From the NCBI GenBank assembly GCA_900128565.1, contig LT635920.1:1-54940 (forward strand): 54,940 bases of DNA. Direction: 5' to 3'. Made by a program: the position numbers and the translations under genes. Under the pieces are notes generated by a model. It was given only the letters and a program-made list of their open reading frames with translations, was not told where the DNA came from and did no database searches. The DNA is from Stramenopiles sp. TOSAG23-6. Its lineage: Eukaryota. Shown one piece after another: positions 35,701 through 44,274 of this stretch (the first letter of the stretch is position 1; every line of letters begins with the position of its first letter).

Positions 35701-35813
35701 TTGCAGATGTTAGTAGTTCTCGTGCTTTATATCTAAAAATGATAAGTGCCTCTAGCACGGGTTTAAATAAGACAGGTAAAAAGACTACAACAAAGAATAA
35801 ATTTAGACACTAA
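29739..35813 (+). CDS. EF-hand + many IQ motifs + WW + B-box zinc fingers
   Basis: DTDGNGTIDSDEL and DADGNGKIDFEEF EF-hands; numerous IQxxxR motifs; two WW-like segments; three CxxC...CxxC...H B-box units. Confidence 0.85.
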   Translation: MNRKALHPSNDPHWKALIAKSRKAHEKEKQTSKQKQKLYPEKRPSTYNSRVYAQNQRKLYSRRKHKRPHTYYQGQREKTDKCRTPTVTKTTAQKETKRPYKKHINPYKEYNALESKDKSRLHRYHHEIKFSSSIQPNVNVVMNHECSLDRGSSLFTAHSSCNRKDTYSIREYLNTSTTRLHNPESKVLDHSSPKSQKQINKDTTGQILNDATAGILPVKYIEYLMSPHKRGLVGRESVKQSFEKCFVQTGTVPMPPHQTLPIEKQMTNMIKWKQLHDKNALSEIVQNDREDIAKSIGLSMDDLNRLDVEDSDDTDVNIDIYRRAFEKFDTDGNGTIDSDELSVLLEKLGETLDNKEVDKLINDADADGNGKIDFEEFVTAMNARKRILKFAAKISQQNQNESNFKKQMPMKVNSRKRKQTQLPHLNSGNRATSCHIINRRKSSPQARSNRAKSSRIANRRKWSPRDRSNRAKSNHISHRNRTSPRARSVRAKSNHIFNRNQNSPQAWSNRPKSSRVSHRNTLIDTSSIDALQSSTDLSSIRELCLNDETSQKSTARSNVSGDSWHYTTVQRPTPRQLXEIMFSKTANSKLGTSRTKTNICRQLIFSKEETDTEVQMLEDAIESHLAWTRRNIPVESIRAQLYCFKNGSDKLDALFARMSDTRINRAFQLWKGFVDHEKCQEKAQQYLRWKGSRKLIAMLNKSVLNTISPAWNTWSSKYKECVHNEREVACLLIQRISRGYFAKLFTENLRSMVLTTKCAIRIQNCWRQRISRAVLKHMYMNRMAVRVQICWRQKLARQVIYLMRLTQAVIRVQSFWRNKMARAVCAALWLIKEQNRAVTIIQNKWRCYKSTLFAGILRRNHAHLEAMVLRVQCAWRCKQGRFAYYLKKRANTIQKEEEEHAAIVLQNKMRCRQSYAKATFYRKKRDENNAVTTISRIWRGVYTRRIYKKMCEVRDMRYKFQTRRVQRYIRKTYLPRMRTWWADHEARSKVFVALWSQRYFRARRERHLFYLKLRAVRELREEISQRQNTRKLRTAASIRLQAQCRRFLVVLNAMHECERHKAAVYIQFRYRGFSSRLSYIAMAKKKNASLKLQKQFRGRKVRIQIAKQNAAVTCIQSKFRGRVGRNVFXNKKMEFDRLIWSIKLLQSYCRMYRAKKQAQVVRVARQRYYAEECAREEAAAEYERELRFVIKIQGLWRTKKAKRKVGNLRAKMLKELAAIDDEEERERVRLYRITEIAAIKLQMQYRRHSAVRALARAKQERIQKLKRDRKDAIRRRKDNCAIKIQCQFRVKIACRKMNKAKQIKQDILDEEERQRMDKILKIEGVRDMQIFVKFNTAESRVKELETLLKKLEEPYQDSSQIPKVHIELEEAKANLSRLALKKNNVEKHQAAALRIQNRLRICLGKMRLEAERNGQMSELFKMRMAGASVEELRNVSLAHLKVMSAVRLQAIMRGHWAKKEMSERVRRQRNWIKKNTTEINKTDMITRLQCFVRQRQAKRSLQIHKDRLFFAQRRERKKQELELLINKSWRLEWDDKYQCEVYVNHHTKEISYKKPEYWALSELWAASEYALEFEIPPEADAIVDESKLCAECGDNPVRECHQCIKENKDKTTHPLRFCEKCWGEKHKMGRSKSHTYRNLTQNLCVECEEPGKRSCQQCGDMFCEECYTLKHSRGDERSHTWKPVTASTKSSKPGDVERRPCIQCNEFPECDREAGRYCIQCADDFCVLCYQSVHSKGKKKSHTWQRVRSLADERAHQKYILEKRKREFAKRKQRKGKTKGKYKIVWKPIFDEESETYYYYHSLSGESLWEDEFYDFRHKLGSFKNGLLDKDGDIIVWEPGTAILRKPDEKVINEASTNEDKSDDSTVKQIVTPFDFATFAKTKQNWKRDIYQAEKNTQGEEEKKSAIEKMIAENIRVAKEAKEAQEKILELKNKKLVNRIGRQFFGGIGKRGVQASSNVTEDSKDYEVEDHKDNTAEDSEKKIETSNIADVSSSRALYLKMISASSTGLNKTGKKTTTKNKFRH

Positions 35814-36016
35814 TGTCCACAAAAACATTAAAAATGAAATAAATAATAATCACTGGTTATTTTCTTGACTCCCTTAATTCTTTGACATTAACAAATCACC
35901 CAATTTTTATCAACGTATAAAATAATGAGAGAAAGTTTGGTGTTAACATATACGCAAAATATACGGTATTTTTTAATTGTTTCTCATAAGCTATGATATT
36001 GGAAAAAATATTTTAT

Positions 36017-37552
36017 TTATCTAGAATTATATCGATTTATCAAACCTTTAGGGCTTGGGGTATGCCTGATGTTCGATGGACTTTTACCACCACTACTTCT
36101 TATACGAAGGTCTCTCATAGCTTGAGCGCGCAATCTATTTTTAATCTGTAATTGGATTGTTTGTTGTTGAGTTTTATTCCCTTCTTTCGCAAAGTCAGGT
36201 TTTACCAAGGAAATTATAAATTCACTATTTAGTAGTTGTTTAGCCGATGGTCTTTCTTCTGGATTTCTTCTAAAACAAGCTGAAAGAAATGTTTTCAGTT
36301 CATGTGGTGCTTTTTGTGGTATATCTTGAACAGGAGTTTCACCTGATTCAGCTAAGAAAAACATCAAAGCATGTACAGAAGGGAAATTTCGTTTTTTCCA
36401 AGGAGGGTTTCCAGTTAACATTTCCAGGACACTACAACCAAGACTCCAAATATCAGCAGCAAAACCGACATCGCCATGATTAGTCACACATTCAGGAGCC
36501 ATATAGTAAGGAGTTCCACGAATCATTGTCGCTGCTGCACCAAAAGCTAAGGGCGAATCAACATCTGATTGTTTTTGAAGATGTTCTTTCAGAGAGTCTC
36601 GTGATTGAGAAATATCACCATCTGTCTTTGTTGCTCTAACTTGTGCAGGATCTAATCGTTTCGATGCACCAAAATCAGCTAATTTTACAATACCTTGGTC
36701 ATCGACTAAAATATTCGCACATTTAATGTCACGATGAATGACATTATTAGCATGTAAGTAAGCTAAACCATCTAATAGTTGCTTAGTATAAACACGGATG
36801 ACATTTACATGCAGTTTTGTAAATTTCTCCAACATTGTTAGTAAAGATCCACCAGGGACCCATTCTGTAAGAATATATAATGTTTGATCTCGAACTTCAG
36901 CACCAGTGTAGGCGACAACATTTTTATGACGCAGGGATCTCATTAAATTTATTTCATTACGAAGCTCATGAAGTTTTTCAACATTTTTTCCAAATGTTAT
37001 TTCTTTAATAGCAAGCATACCACCGGTTTGGTTATCGAAGCCTACATAAACTTTGCCATATGACCCTTTTCCTATTTGTTCACCCTTCTTCCAGCGAAGT
37101 CCTGAAGGTTTTGAATTTGTACTAGATAATGGAGTTACACAGACTTGTGCGCTTTTTGGAGGTTGTGTTTTTGGCGGTACAGGGCGTCGAGGATTACTCA
37201 TTTTTGCTATGTTGCGTTTGTATGCTTTATCTACTATTTTATGTCGTTTCATTGAGGGAGATACACTTGGTGTTATCCGTCTCTCCCTCCCTCCACCAGA
37301 AGGCGGAGTTTTGGTGAAAGATATAATCTGACCAGTCTCTTTTAATTTTGAAACTGGATGATCCGAAGTTATACATTGCCGCATTTTCGTTGATTTAACC
37401 TCGAATGAATGCGATGCATCTAATGAAATGGTTGACGTAGTTTTCTTTTCTTCAATTGCTGCACGACGAAGAGCTTGGTCAAGATCTTCCGCGGAAGTCA
37501 TTCGGGGTTTTTCAGGAATAGTAAAATCTGCACGAGATACTTTGGCCCCCAT
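36017..37552 (-). CDS. STE11/MEKK-type MAP kinase kinase kinase
   Basis: WKKGEQIGKGSYG, HRDIKCAN, KLADFGASK, GTPYYMAPE; MGxxxS myristoylation-like start. Confidence 0.9.
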   Translation of the reverse strand: MGAKVSRADFTIPEKPRMTSAEDLDQALRRAAIEEKKTTSTISLDASHSFEVKSTKMRQCITSDHPVSKLKETGQIISFTKTPPSGGGRERRITPSVSPSMKRHKIVDKAYKRNIAKMSNPRRPVPPKTQPPKSAQVCVTPLSSTNSKPSGLRWKKGEQIGKGSYGKVYVGFDNQTGGMLAIKEITFGKNVEKLHELRNEINLMRSLRHKNVVAYTGAEVRDQTLYILTEWVPGGSLLTMLEKFTKLHVNVIRVYTKQLLDGLAYLHANNVIHRDIKCANILVDDQGIVKLADFGASKRLDPAQVRATKTDGDISQSRDSLKEHLQKQSDVDSPLAFGAAATMIRGTPYYMAPECVTNHGDVGFAADIWSLGCSVLEMLTGNPPWKKRNFPSVHALMFFLAESGETPVQDIPQKAPHELKTFLSACFRRNPEERPSAKQLLNSEFIISLVKPDFAKEGNKTQQQTIQLQIKNRLRAQAMRDLRIRSSGGKSPSNIRHTPSPKGLINRYNSR

Positions 37553-37840
37553 TTTAATGATATCGTTCCATACTAATTAAGGACATATCATATCAAATGT
37601 TTTATCAAGAACATCTTTGTTATATACTACAGTAGTTAAGTATGGAGGTAAAAAAGAAAAGTCCACGTAGAATGTGAAACCGTTTTTTTACTCAATTTGA
37701 CACGTGGCATTGAAAATACTACGAACGATTTGATTGAAAACAACACGTGGTCAGGCAGATTATATTCAGCACTGTGACTGATGGAAAAACAGTTGTTCCA
37801 ATAAAGAATACAAAAAGGAGTATCCATTGTTATATCAAAC

Positions 37841-38749
37841 ATGTCTACATTAATTCCACTTACCCTCGCTGCTGGTACGACAGCTACAATTATGTACCCC
37901 GTTGATGTTGTCCGTGCACTTCGAATGGCCAGTGCTGGAGGAACCGAAACGTTCTCTATTACCAAGTTTATAAAAACTCATGGCGTTAGAGGTTTGGCGT
38001 CTCAGGGCGCAGTTGCTGAGATCGTAAAGAGCAGTGTAATGCGTGTTAGCAAGTTTTTCTTTTTCCCTCTTACATGTAATGGTATGTTTGGAGCAAGCAG
38101 CAAAGAGCTTGCGCCTTGGCAAAAAGGTCTTGCTGGTTGTGCGGCTACCATACCTGAAATTTTTTTAATCACACCACTTGAAGGCGCAAAACTTGGACTA
38201 CAAACTGATTCTACGAAACGATACAGTAACAGCATGACTAATATTATGAAACATGTATACCAAACTCGCGGTTTGGGTGGTTTGTGGACTGGATGGGCAG
38301 GTTTACAATTGCGTAATGGATTATGGACTGGTACTTATTTTGCGACGTTGAGTTCATTTAAAGAAGTAATCGAACCTGGTGTTGTTGGTGTCGGTTTACC
38401 ACAGGGAGTGGCTCAGTTCACTGCTGGTTTCTGTGCTGGTACATTTGCTGCAGCATTTAATACACCAGCTGATGTCATACGTACAATTGTACAAAGAAGA
38501 ATGTTCAATGAAATCACTGCAAGTATGAAAGGTTCTTCTGAAGTAACTGTCACAAGAACTGGATTTTCTTTAGGTTTGGGGTTCCCTGAACATTTCAGAG
38601 TTTTTAAGGAAATCATTGGCAAATCGGGTATTAAAGGTGTTTATCCTGGATTTGGATTCAAGGCTATGCATCTTGGAGGTTCTGGGGCGTTAATGGCAAT
38701 GTTTATTCCTATATTTTCTCGTTTACTTGGTATTAAGTATGATATCTAA
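37841..38749 (+). CDS. Mitochondrial carrier family (SLC25) protein
   Basis: Three Px[DE]xx[KR] signatures: YPVDVVR, TPLEGAK, TPADVIR. Confidence 0.9.
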   Translation: MSTLIPLTLAAGTTATIMYPVDVVRALRMASAGGTETFSITKFIKTHGVRGLASQGAVAEIVKSSVMRVSKFFFFPLTCNGMFGASSKELAPWQKGLAGCAATIPEIFLITPLEGAKLGLQTDSTKRYSNSMTNIMKHVYQTRGLGGLWTGWAGLQLRNGLWTGTYFATLSSFKEVIEPGVVGVGLPQGVAQFTAGFCAGTFAAAFNTPADVIRTIVQRRMFNEITASMKGSSEVTVTRTGFSLGLGFPEHFRVFKEIIGKSGIKGVYPGFGFKAMHLGGSGALMAMFIPIFSRLLGIKYDI

Positions 38750-39166
38750 AGCCTCTCTCAGTATAAATATATATATTATGGATACGGGATAATGCCTTAT
38801 TATTGGGTGAAAATATGATGGAAATTATCTAGAGTATAAAATTCATTGGTAGTAATATGAGATGAAGTTAAAAACTCATGATTTGTCTGAAAAGTTTATA
38901 AATTTTATAAAGAATTCATTTTTTAAAATTTGAAATTGATATTTATGACGCAGGTATTATTTTATTACCATTATAATTATTATTTAGTATATAATAGGGA
39001 TAGCAGATCAAGATCGATCGGCGGTTGATTTTCTCAAATTTCAAATTTCAAAATTTCAAAATTTCGAATTTTCATTTCAAAAGCGCGCTGACGTACCGAA
39101 AGGAACACTAATTCCTTTAACAAACAACTAGAGTACTACTCCTCCTCTTGACGAAATCAAGGAAAT

Positions 39167-40716
39167 ATGCTCTCAACACGTTTGAATATTCGCCGCGTTG
39201 TTCTTCGGGGAATATCAAGTCGATCTGTATCAACTCAATCTGTACCAATAAAAAAAAGTACTGATAGTCACCGCGAGACATATCGTTATGAATTTTATAA
39301 CGGAGAAAAGGTCAAGTCAACCTTTTCGAACAAAGAGATGGACCGGAGAACAACCAACCTTCGAGAAACGATGTCGAAGATGAATTTAGAAACATGTTTG
39401 ATGACTTCAATGCATAATATTGCTTACTTTAGTGATTTTGTGTATTGTAGTTTTGGCCGGCATTATGGTCTTGTTGTTGGTCACGAAGGTCCTGTCAAAA
39501 CAATTAGCGCTGGAATCGATGCTGGCCAACCTTGGAGACGAACAGCAAACGGCGGAGAAAATGTGACTTATACGGATTGGCAGCGTGATAACTATTTCAA
39601 GGTAGCTGTTGAAGAGCTTATTAGATCTTCTTTGTCGAATCATGGGTGTTTTCGCGTTGGAGTTGAGTATGTATGTTTTATTTTTTTCAATTTCGAATTT
39701 ATTTTTTTATAGGAAATTTTGTACCTAACAAATTTTTTAAAGATTTCTTTTGAAATATTTTACCAAAATAAATGACCACTTGACTCTGGATATGTTTTCA
39801 AAATTAAGAAGTGCTCTACCTGACTCAGTTGAACTGGTTGATATAAGTAAAGATATTATGAAGAGTCGCATGGTAAAATCTGCTGAAGAAATCGAACTTA
39901 TTCGCTTAGGTGCTTGGGTTGCTGATCAGGGTGGAGAATCAGCAGTGAAGGCAATATCTGATGGTATTGGAGAATACGAAGTTGCATTAGCATCAACACA
40001 GAGAATGGTAACTGAAATTGCTAAGCATGCTCCTGGAAATGCTGAATTGATGGATACATGGACATGGTTTCAAAGTGGTATAAATACTGATGGTGCACAC
40101 AACCCCGTGACTACACGAAAACTGAACTGTGGAGATATTCTTTCTCTGAATTGTTTTCCGATGATTGGAGGATACTACACTGCTTTGGAGAGGACTTTAT
40201 TTCTAGGTGAACCTGATAAAGTATCATTAAAAATGTGGGAGGCTAATGTTGCTGTACATGAATTGGGTAATAAGTTAATCAAACCAGGAGTAAAATGTAG
40301 TGATATTGCAGAAGAACTTAATGTACGTTTTCAAAATTGAATTTCAAATTTATTTATTTTTTCGTACGAAATTTTGTACTTAACGATTTTTTTGACTAAA
40401 TTGTTTTTTCTTCACAATACATGAACTCTGTGAATCTTTGGATGTTTTACAATATCGTACTTTTGGTTATGGTCATAGTTTTGGCGTATTAAGTCATTAT
40501 TATGGTAGAGAAGCTGGTTTGGAATTACGTGAAGATGTCAATACTGTACTTGAACCTGGAATGGTCGTTTCAATGGAGCCAATGATTACAATTCCAGATG
40601 GTTTGCCTGGTGCTGGTGGATATAGAGAACATGATATTCATGTAATTACAAAAGATGGAGCTGTAAATATTACTGGTTTTCCCTACGGACCAGAACAAAA
40701 TATTATTCACGCATAA
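39167..40716 (+). CDS. Creatinase (creatine amidinohydrolase, M24 family), 448 aa, exons 39167-39670, 39774-40322, 40423-40716; mitochondrial-type presequence
   Basis: YCSFGR.YGLVV, ISAGIDAGQPWRR, DTWTWFQSGINTDGAHNPVT, RTFGYGHSFG.LSHYYGREAGLELRED, GAGGYREHD. Confidence 0.93.
39671..39773 (+). other. Family-1 intron, 103 nt, non-AG end (GTATG...AATAAAT; slides to AT-AA)
   Basis: Removal restores GVEY-DHL. Both internal AGs lead to an in-frame TGA. Confidence 0.85.
40323..40422 (+). other. Family-1 intron, 100 nt, non-AG end (GTACG...AATACAT; slides to AT-AC)
   Basis: Removal restores ELN-ELCESLDVLQYRTFG. No AG occurs anywhere in the interval. Confidence 0.9.
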
Positions 40717-40920
40717 GAATAATAATAACCTAAGAAGAATCTACCAATGATGAAAAACATTTCAAATAATTATACAGTAATAAATAATGGTTTATTAGGT
40801 GTACCGGGTACACGATTTGACCGATGTTTCAAAACATCACTGAATTTTCTTGATTTTTTTTATTATTTTAATTTTTTTATTATTTTTTTTCTCGAAGCAA
40901 CTTCTATAAAATTAGGGCAA

Positions 40921-42642
40921 ATGATATTCCGCTCAAATTTCTTGCCTAGGGCAAATACCGGATATATGTTCCGTCGAATGTGTACCACGACTTCAAAACG
41001 GAAAAAGACCTTTCATTTTTTTGCTGCTGGAGCTGCAGTTTCTGGTGGTTATTATTTTATTAGAGATTACTTTTCTCACCTATCCGCTAATAATGTACAT
41101 TTGTCGTCTTCTATTGATACAAGTGAAGCAATATTAGATGCATCTTCTTTTTCAGATGAATTAGTTTCGGTAACATTTGAAGCTGCAAAGGATCATGCGG
41201 TGTATATAGATGACGTAGAAAAAGAGTTTACTGATTCAGGAAAAGAAACATGCCAAGTAGTATTAGACAAAGTCGACCTTGTTCAACTTATATCTGAGCG
41301 TATTTTTTATTTATTACAATCAAAACAGCAATGTTACATTACTCCATAATACCACTATTTATTCATCATCATCAAAAATGGCGTATTGTTCACATTAAAT
41401 GGCATATCAAATTAGAAAATTTACGTATCCAATTGAAGTCTTTAGCAAAAGAATCAATTGAAAAAGGAACCTCATCTATTTTTGATACTGCTAGGTCTGA
41501 AAGAGTTCCGATATTCTCATCATGGTATTTCTCATATCCAACTACATATACCCTGATGTCGGAAGCTATATCAGCTGCATTTGCCCATCAAATTCCATGG
41601 CGTCGAAAGTCCGCCAATTGTACATTTTCATCATTCATTTCAAATTTATGTTTCATACCAAAGTTTGTACCTAACGAATATTTTGACTGAAAAAAAATAT
41701 TTTTTACAATATTCGGGATGCAACTACAAAATCAGCAGTATCTAGTCGAATTCAAGAGGTTATTCTTGCAAAATATGAAGCAATAGTGCTACGACCTGAG
41801 GTAAATGATACTAAATTTCAAACTGTTTTTTCTTCTTCAGCAAATGAATTACATGTAAACTTTTTGAGTGGTTTAGATACTGTTGAAGATGATTTTCGTT
41901 GTAAATTAAGTTCAAATAATACTTTTATAGATAGTTACTATAGTTCTTCTTCTTCAAAGGAAGATGATAACAATAGATCTAATAAACCCAATAAACCTAA
42001 TACACCTAATACACCTAATAAACCTAGTAAACGTCGAAGGAAAGGAAAACGGGGTAAAGTTCGATTGAAATTGGATTGGAGAGCTCAAATGAGAAAAATC
42101 CGTCATGTACCTCACACGATTGGACGACTTCCAGCAGAGGCATCTATTGGCTTAGCTTTTGGTGGCGCTGTCGCTGGTAAAGTTGCTGGAGGTGCTATTG
42201 CTAAGACTGCCACGACAACATTTTCTAGTAAATTGACAGCACCATTTGTAGGTAAGGCGATGAGTTCTGTTGCTGGTACATCAGGGGCAGCTGTAGGGGC
42301 TTTAGGTGGTATATTTTTTTTATAACATATATATGTATTTTTAAAGATTATTTGAGTTCACAGATAATTTGCTAAGTTTATAATTTTTATATATATATTG
42401 CAAATAATACATGTCCTGGTGGAGCAGTTGCAGGGGCAACACTTGGGATAGGTGTTGATGCTGTTTTGAATGTCATGCATAGAATGATTCATCAAGATGA
42501 CTTTGTTGCTGAGGTTAGAGATGTCCTTTGTGCCAGTGAAGAACATTTTAATAATTTACTAATATCAGAGTTAAATCGTGCTATTGACGTCTGGATTGAT
42601 ACTTCTATTGATGCCATATCACTTGTTGAAACTGAAAAATAA
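40921..42642 (+). CDS. Uncharacterised protein with presequence-like N-terminus, TM segment and C-terminal glycine zipper; three introns (~41300-41415, ~41620-41735, 42309-42412; boundaries uncertain)
   Basis: Four consecutive coding segments joinable in frame (RVPIFSSWYFSYPTTY; LRPE; GALGG-PGGAVAGATLGIGVDAVLN). Confidence 0.7.
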
Positions 42643-42698
42643 TGAAAAAAACCCGAATTATTTTTTTAATTTAGATTGTAATACAAAAAGAGGTTGAA

Positions 42699-44039
42699 TT
42701 ATTTTTTTAATTTAGATTGTAGTACAAAAAGAGGTTGGTTTTTCCAACTTTCGCCTTTCCATAAAACTTTCCCCAAAATTGAATTATTATTATTATTATT
42801 TGCTTTCCCTTCATTTATTGGTACATAATTTTCATCAACAGGATGTTGAGTTTGTATTGCATCTAATAATTTCCAACCACGACTTTCATGTGTTAATGCT
42901 TGAAATCGTTTCTTTCCATAAATTCGATGTCGATTACCTGAGATTAAACCGTTACCTTCACCTATAGGAATACCCAAGAAAAGTAAACCACCTGGCTTGA
43001 GTAACATTTTAAATTCATCCATCGCTGCAAAATCTCCACGTGGATCCAATGGTTCGCCATATCTACCTAATCCATCATGTTCAATAGATGAAAAGGAACA
43101 AATAATATCAAATTCACGAAATTTTGAAAATTTCCCGTTAAGTAAATCTTTAGCATGAACCGTTTGAATGAGTGGTGATTTAGAAATTAAATTTTGATAT
43201 TCACTTGTAACGACAATTGATGCTTTGTATGCAATGGCAATAACTTCAATCCATGGCATTTCAGAACCCACAACCAAAACTCGAAGGCCGTTGACTGGGT
43301 ACCTAGTAAATGCTTCATAGAAATCAGGGATTGCATTAGGATATGCTCGGTGGTTCAGATCAATACCTTCACGTGCCTGATTAAGGAAATTATTAACAAG
43401 ATCTATTTCCCACACAATGTCACCAGTACCACCGAAACGAGAATCTTCAAACTTATCTTCAAATTTTTCGCCAAATTCCGTAAATTCATCAAAGAATGGA
43501 AGTGTCTGCAAAGGTATTGGCCCAGTGGCCCGGTAATGTCTAGTCGTTTGTATACATTTACTTGTATTTATCATTTCATTTTGCAATTGTAAGTTTGATC
43601 CTTGAGATGAAATATTACGAATATGACGATCGACTGAGTTTTGTTTTTGGTGTTCAGTCAATGCACCATCCACCAAAGACTTCGCACAGTCTGTAGAACT
43701 ATCAATATGGTGGGCTCTACAGAATTCTTGAGCATAATTGTGGACATTATCAGAAGCTACACCATCAAAATCACGAACAGCAAAAATCATAGGAGAGCCA
43801 TCCACCATCACAGGCACCTCAACGTGAGTGTCAATTTTTTTTTTATGTTCTTCTTCAAGTTGAGAATGACTTTGAGTTCTCTCCAATAACATTTTATGAA
43901 GGGCTTGCACTAGATCTTGATCTCCTAATCCATACTCTTTTTCAACAAATTTTGCTAAATTATGAGACTTTATTGGAATATTCGACTGACAGAAGCCAAT
44001 GCAAAGTGATAAAAACAAAGCAACTGCTTGAAAGAACAT
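42699..44039 (-). CDS. Secreted DUF268-like SAM-dependent methyltransferase-fold protein
   Basis: Signal peptide; VLVVGS..PWIE, FSSIEHDGLGRYGEPLDP.GD, LLKPGGLLFLGIP, N.HRIYG..R. Confidence 0.85.
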   Translation of the reverse strand: MFFQAVALFLSLCIGFCQSNIPIKSHNLAKFVEKEYGLGDQDLVQALHKMLLERTQSHSQLEEEHKKKIDTHVEVPVMVDGSPMIFAVRDFDGVASDNVHNYAQEFCRAHHIDSSTDCAKSLVDGALTEHQKQNSVDRHIRNISSQGSNLQLQNEMINTSKCIQTTRHYRATGPIPLQTLPFFDEFTEFGEKFEDKFEDSRFGGTGDIVWEIDLVNNFLNQAREGIDLNHRAYPNAIPDFYEAFTRYPVNGLRVLVVGSEMPWIEVIAIAYKASIVVTSEYQNLISKSPLIQTVHAKDLLNGKFSKFREFDIICSFSSIEHDGLGRYGEPLDPRGDFAAMDEFKMLLKPGGLLFLGIPIGEGNGLISGNRHRIYGKKRFQALTHESRGWKLLDAIQTQHPVDENYVPINEGKANNNNNNSILGKVLWKGESWKNQPLFVLQSKLKK

Positions 44040-44274
44040 GCCAATAATATATAATAAAAGACAGAGAAACGTGCAATATTTTTTCTATTTTTTTTGAGAA
44101 AAAAAAAATAAAAACGTCAAAGTTTCGAAACAAAAATAATTCAAATCCAAAAACACGAAATATCGAAACAATAAAAATGTGACACTTCAAGTAATTTAAA
44201 TTATATATAGACAGTTATAAATATATGATATTTTTAAATGATATACTTGTATTTTATAATGATATATTATCCTA

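Noticed and set aside
39669-40420. Ordinary U12-type AT-AC introns
   Set aside because: No RTATCC 5' signature; only the GTACYTAAC word loosely resembles the U12 branch site. Kept only as a possible divergent register.
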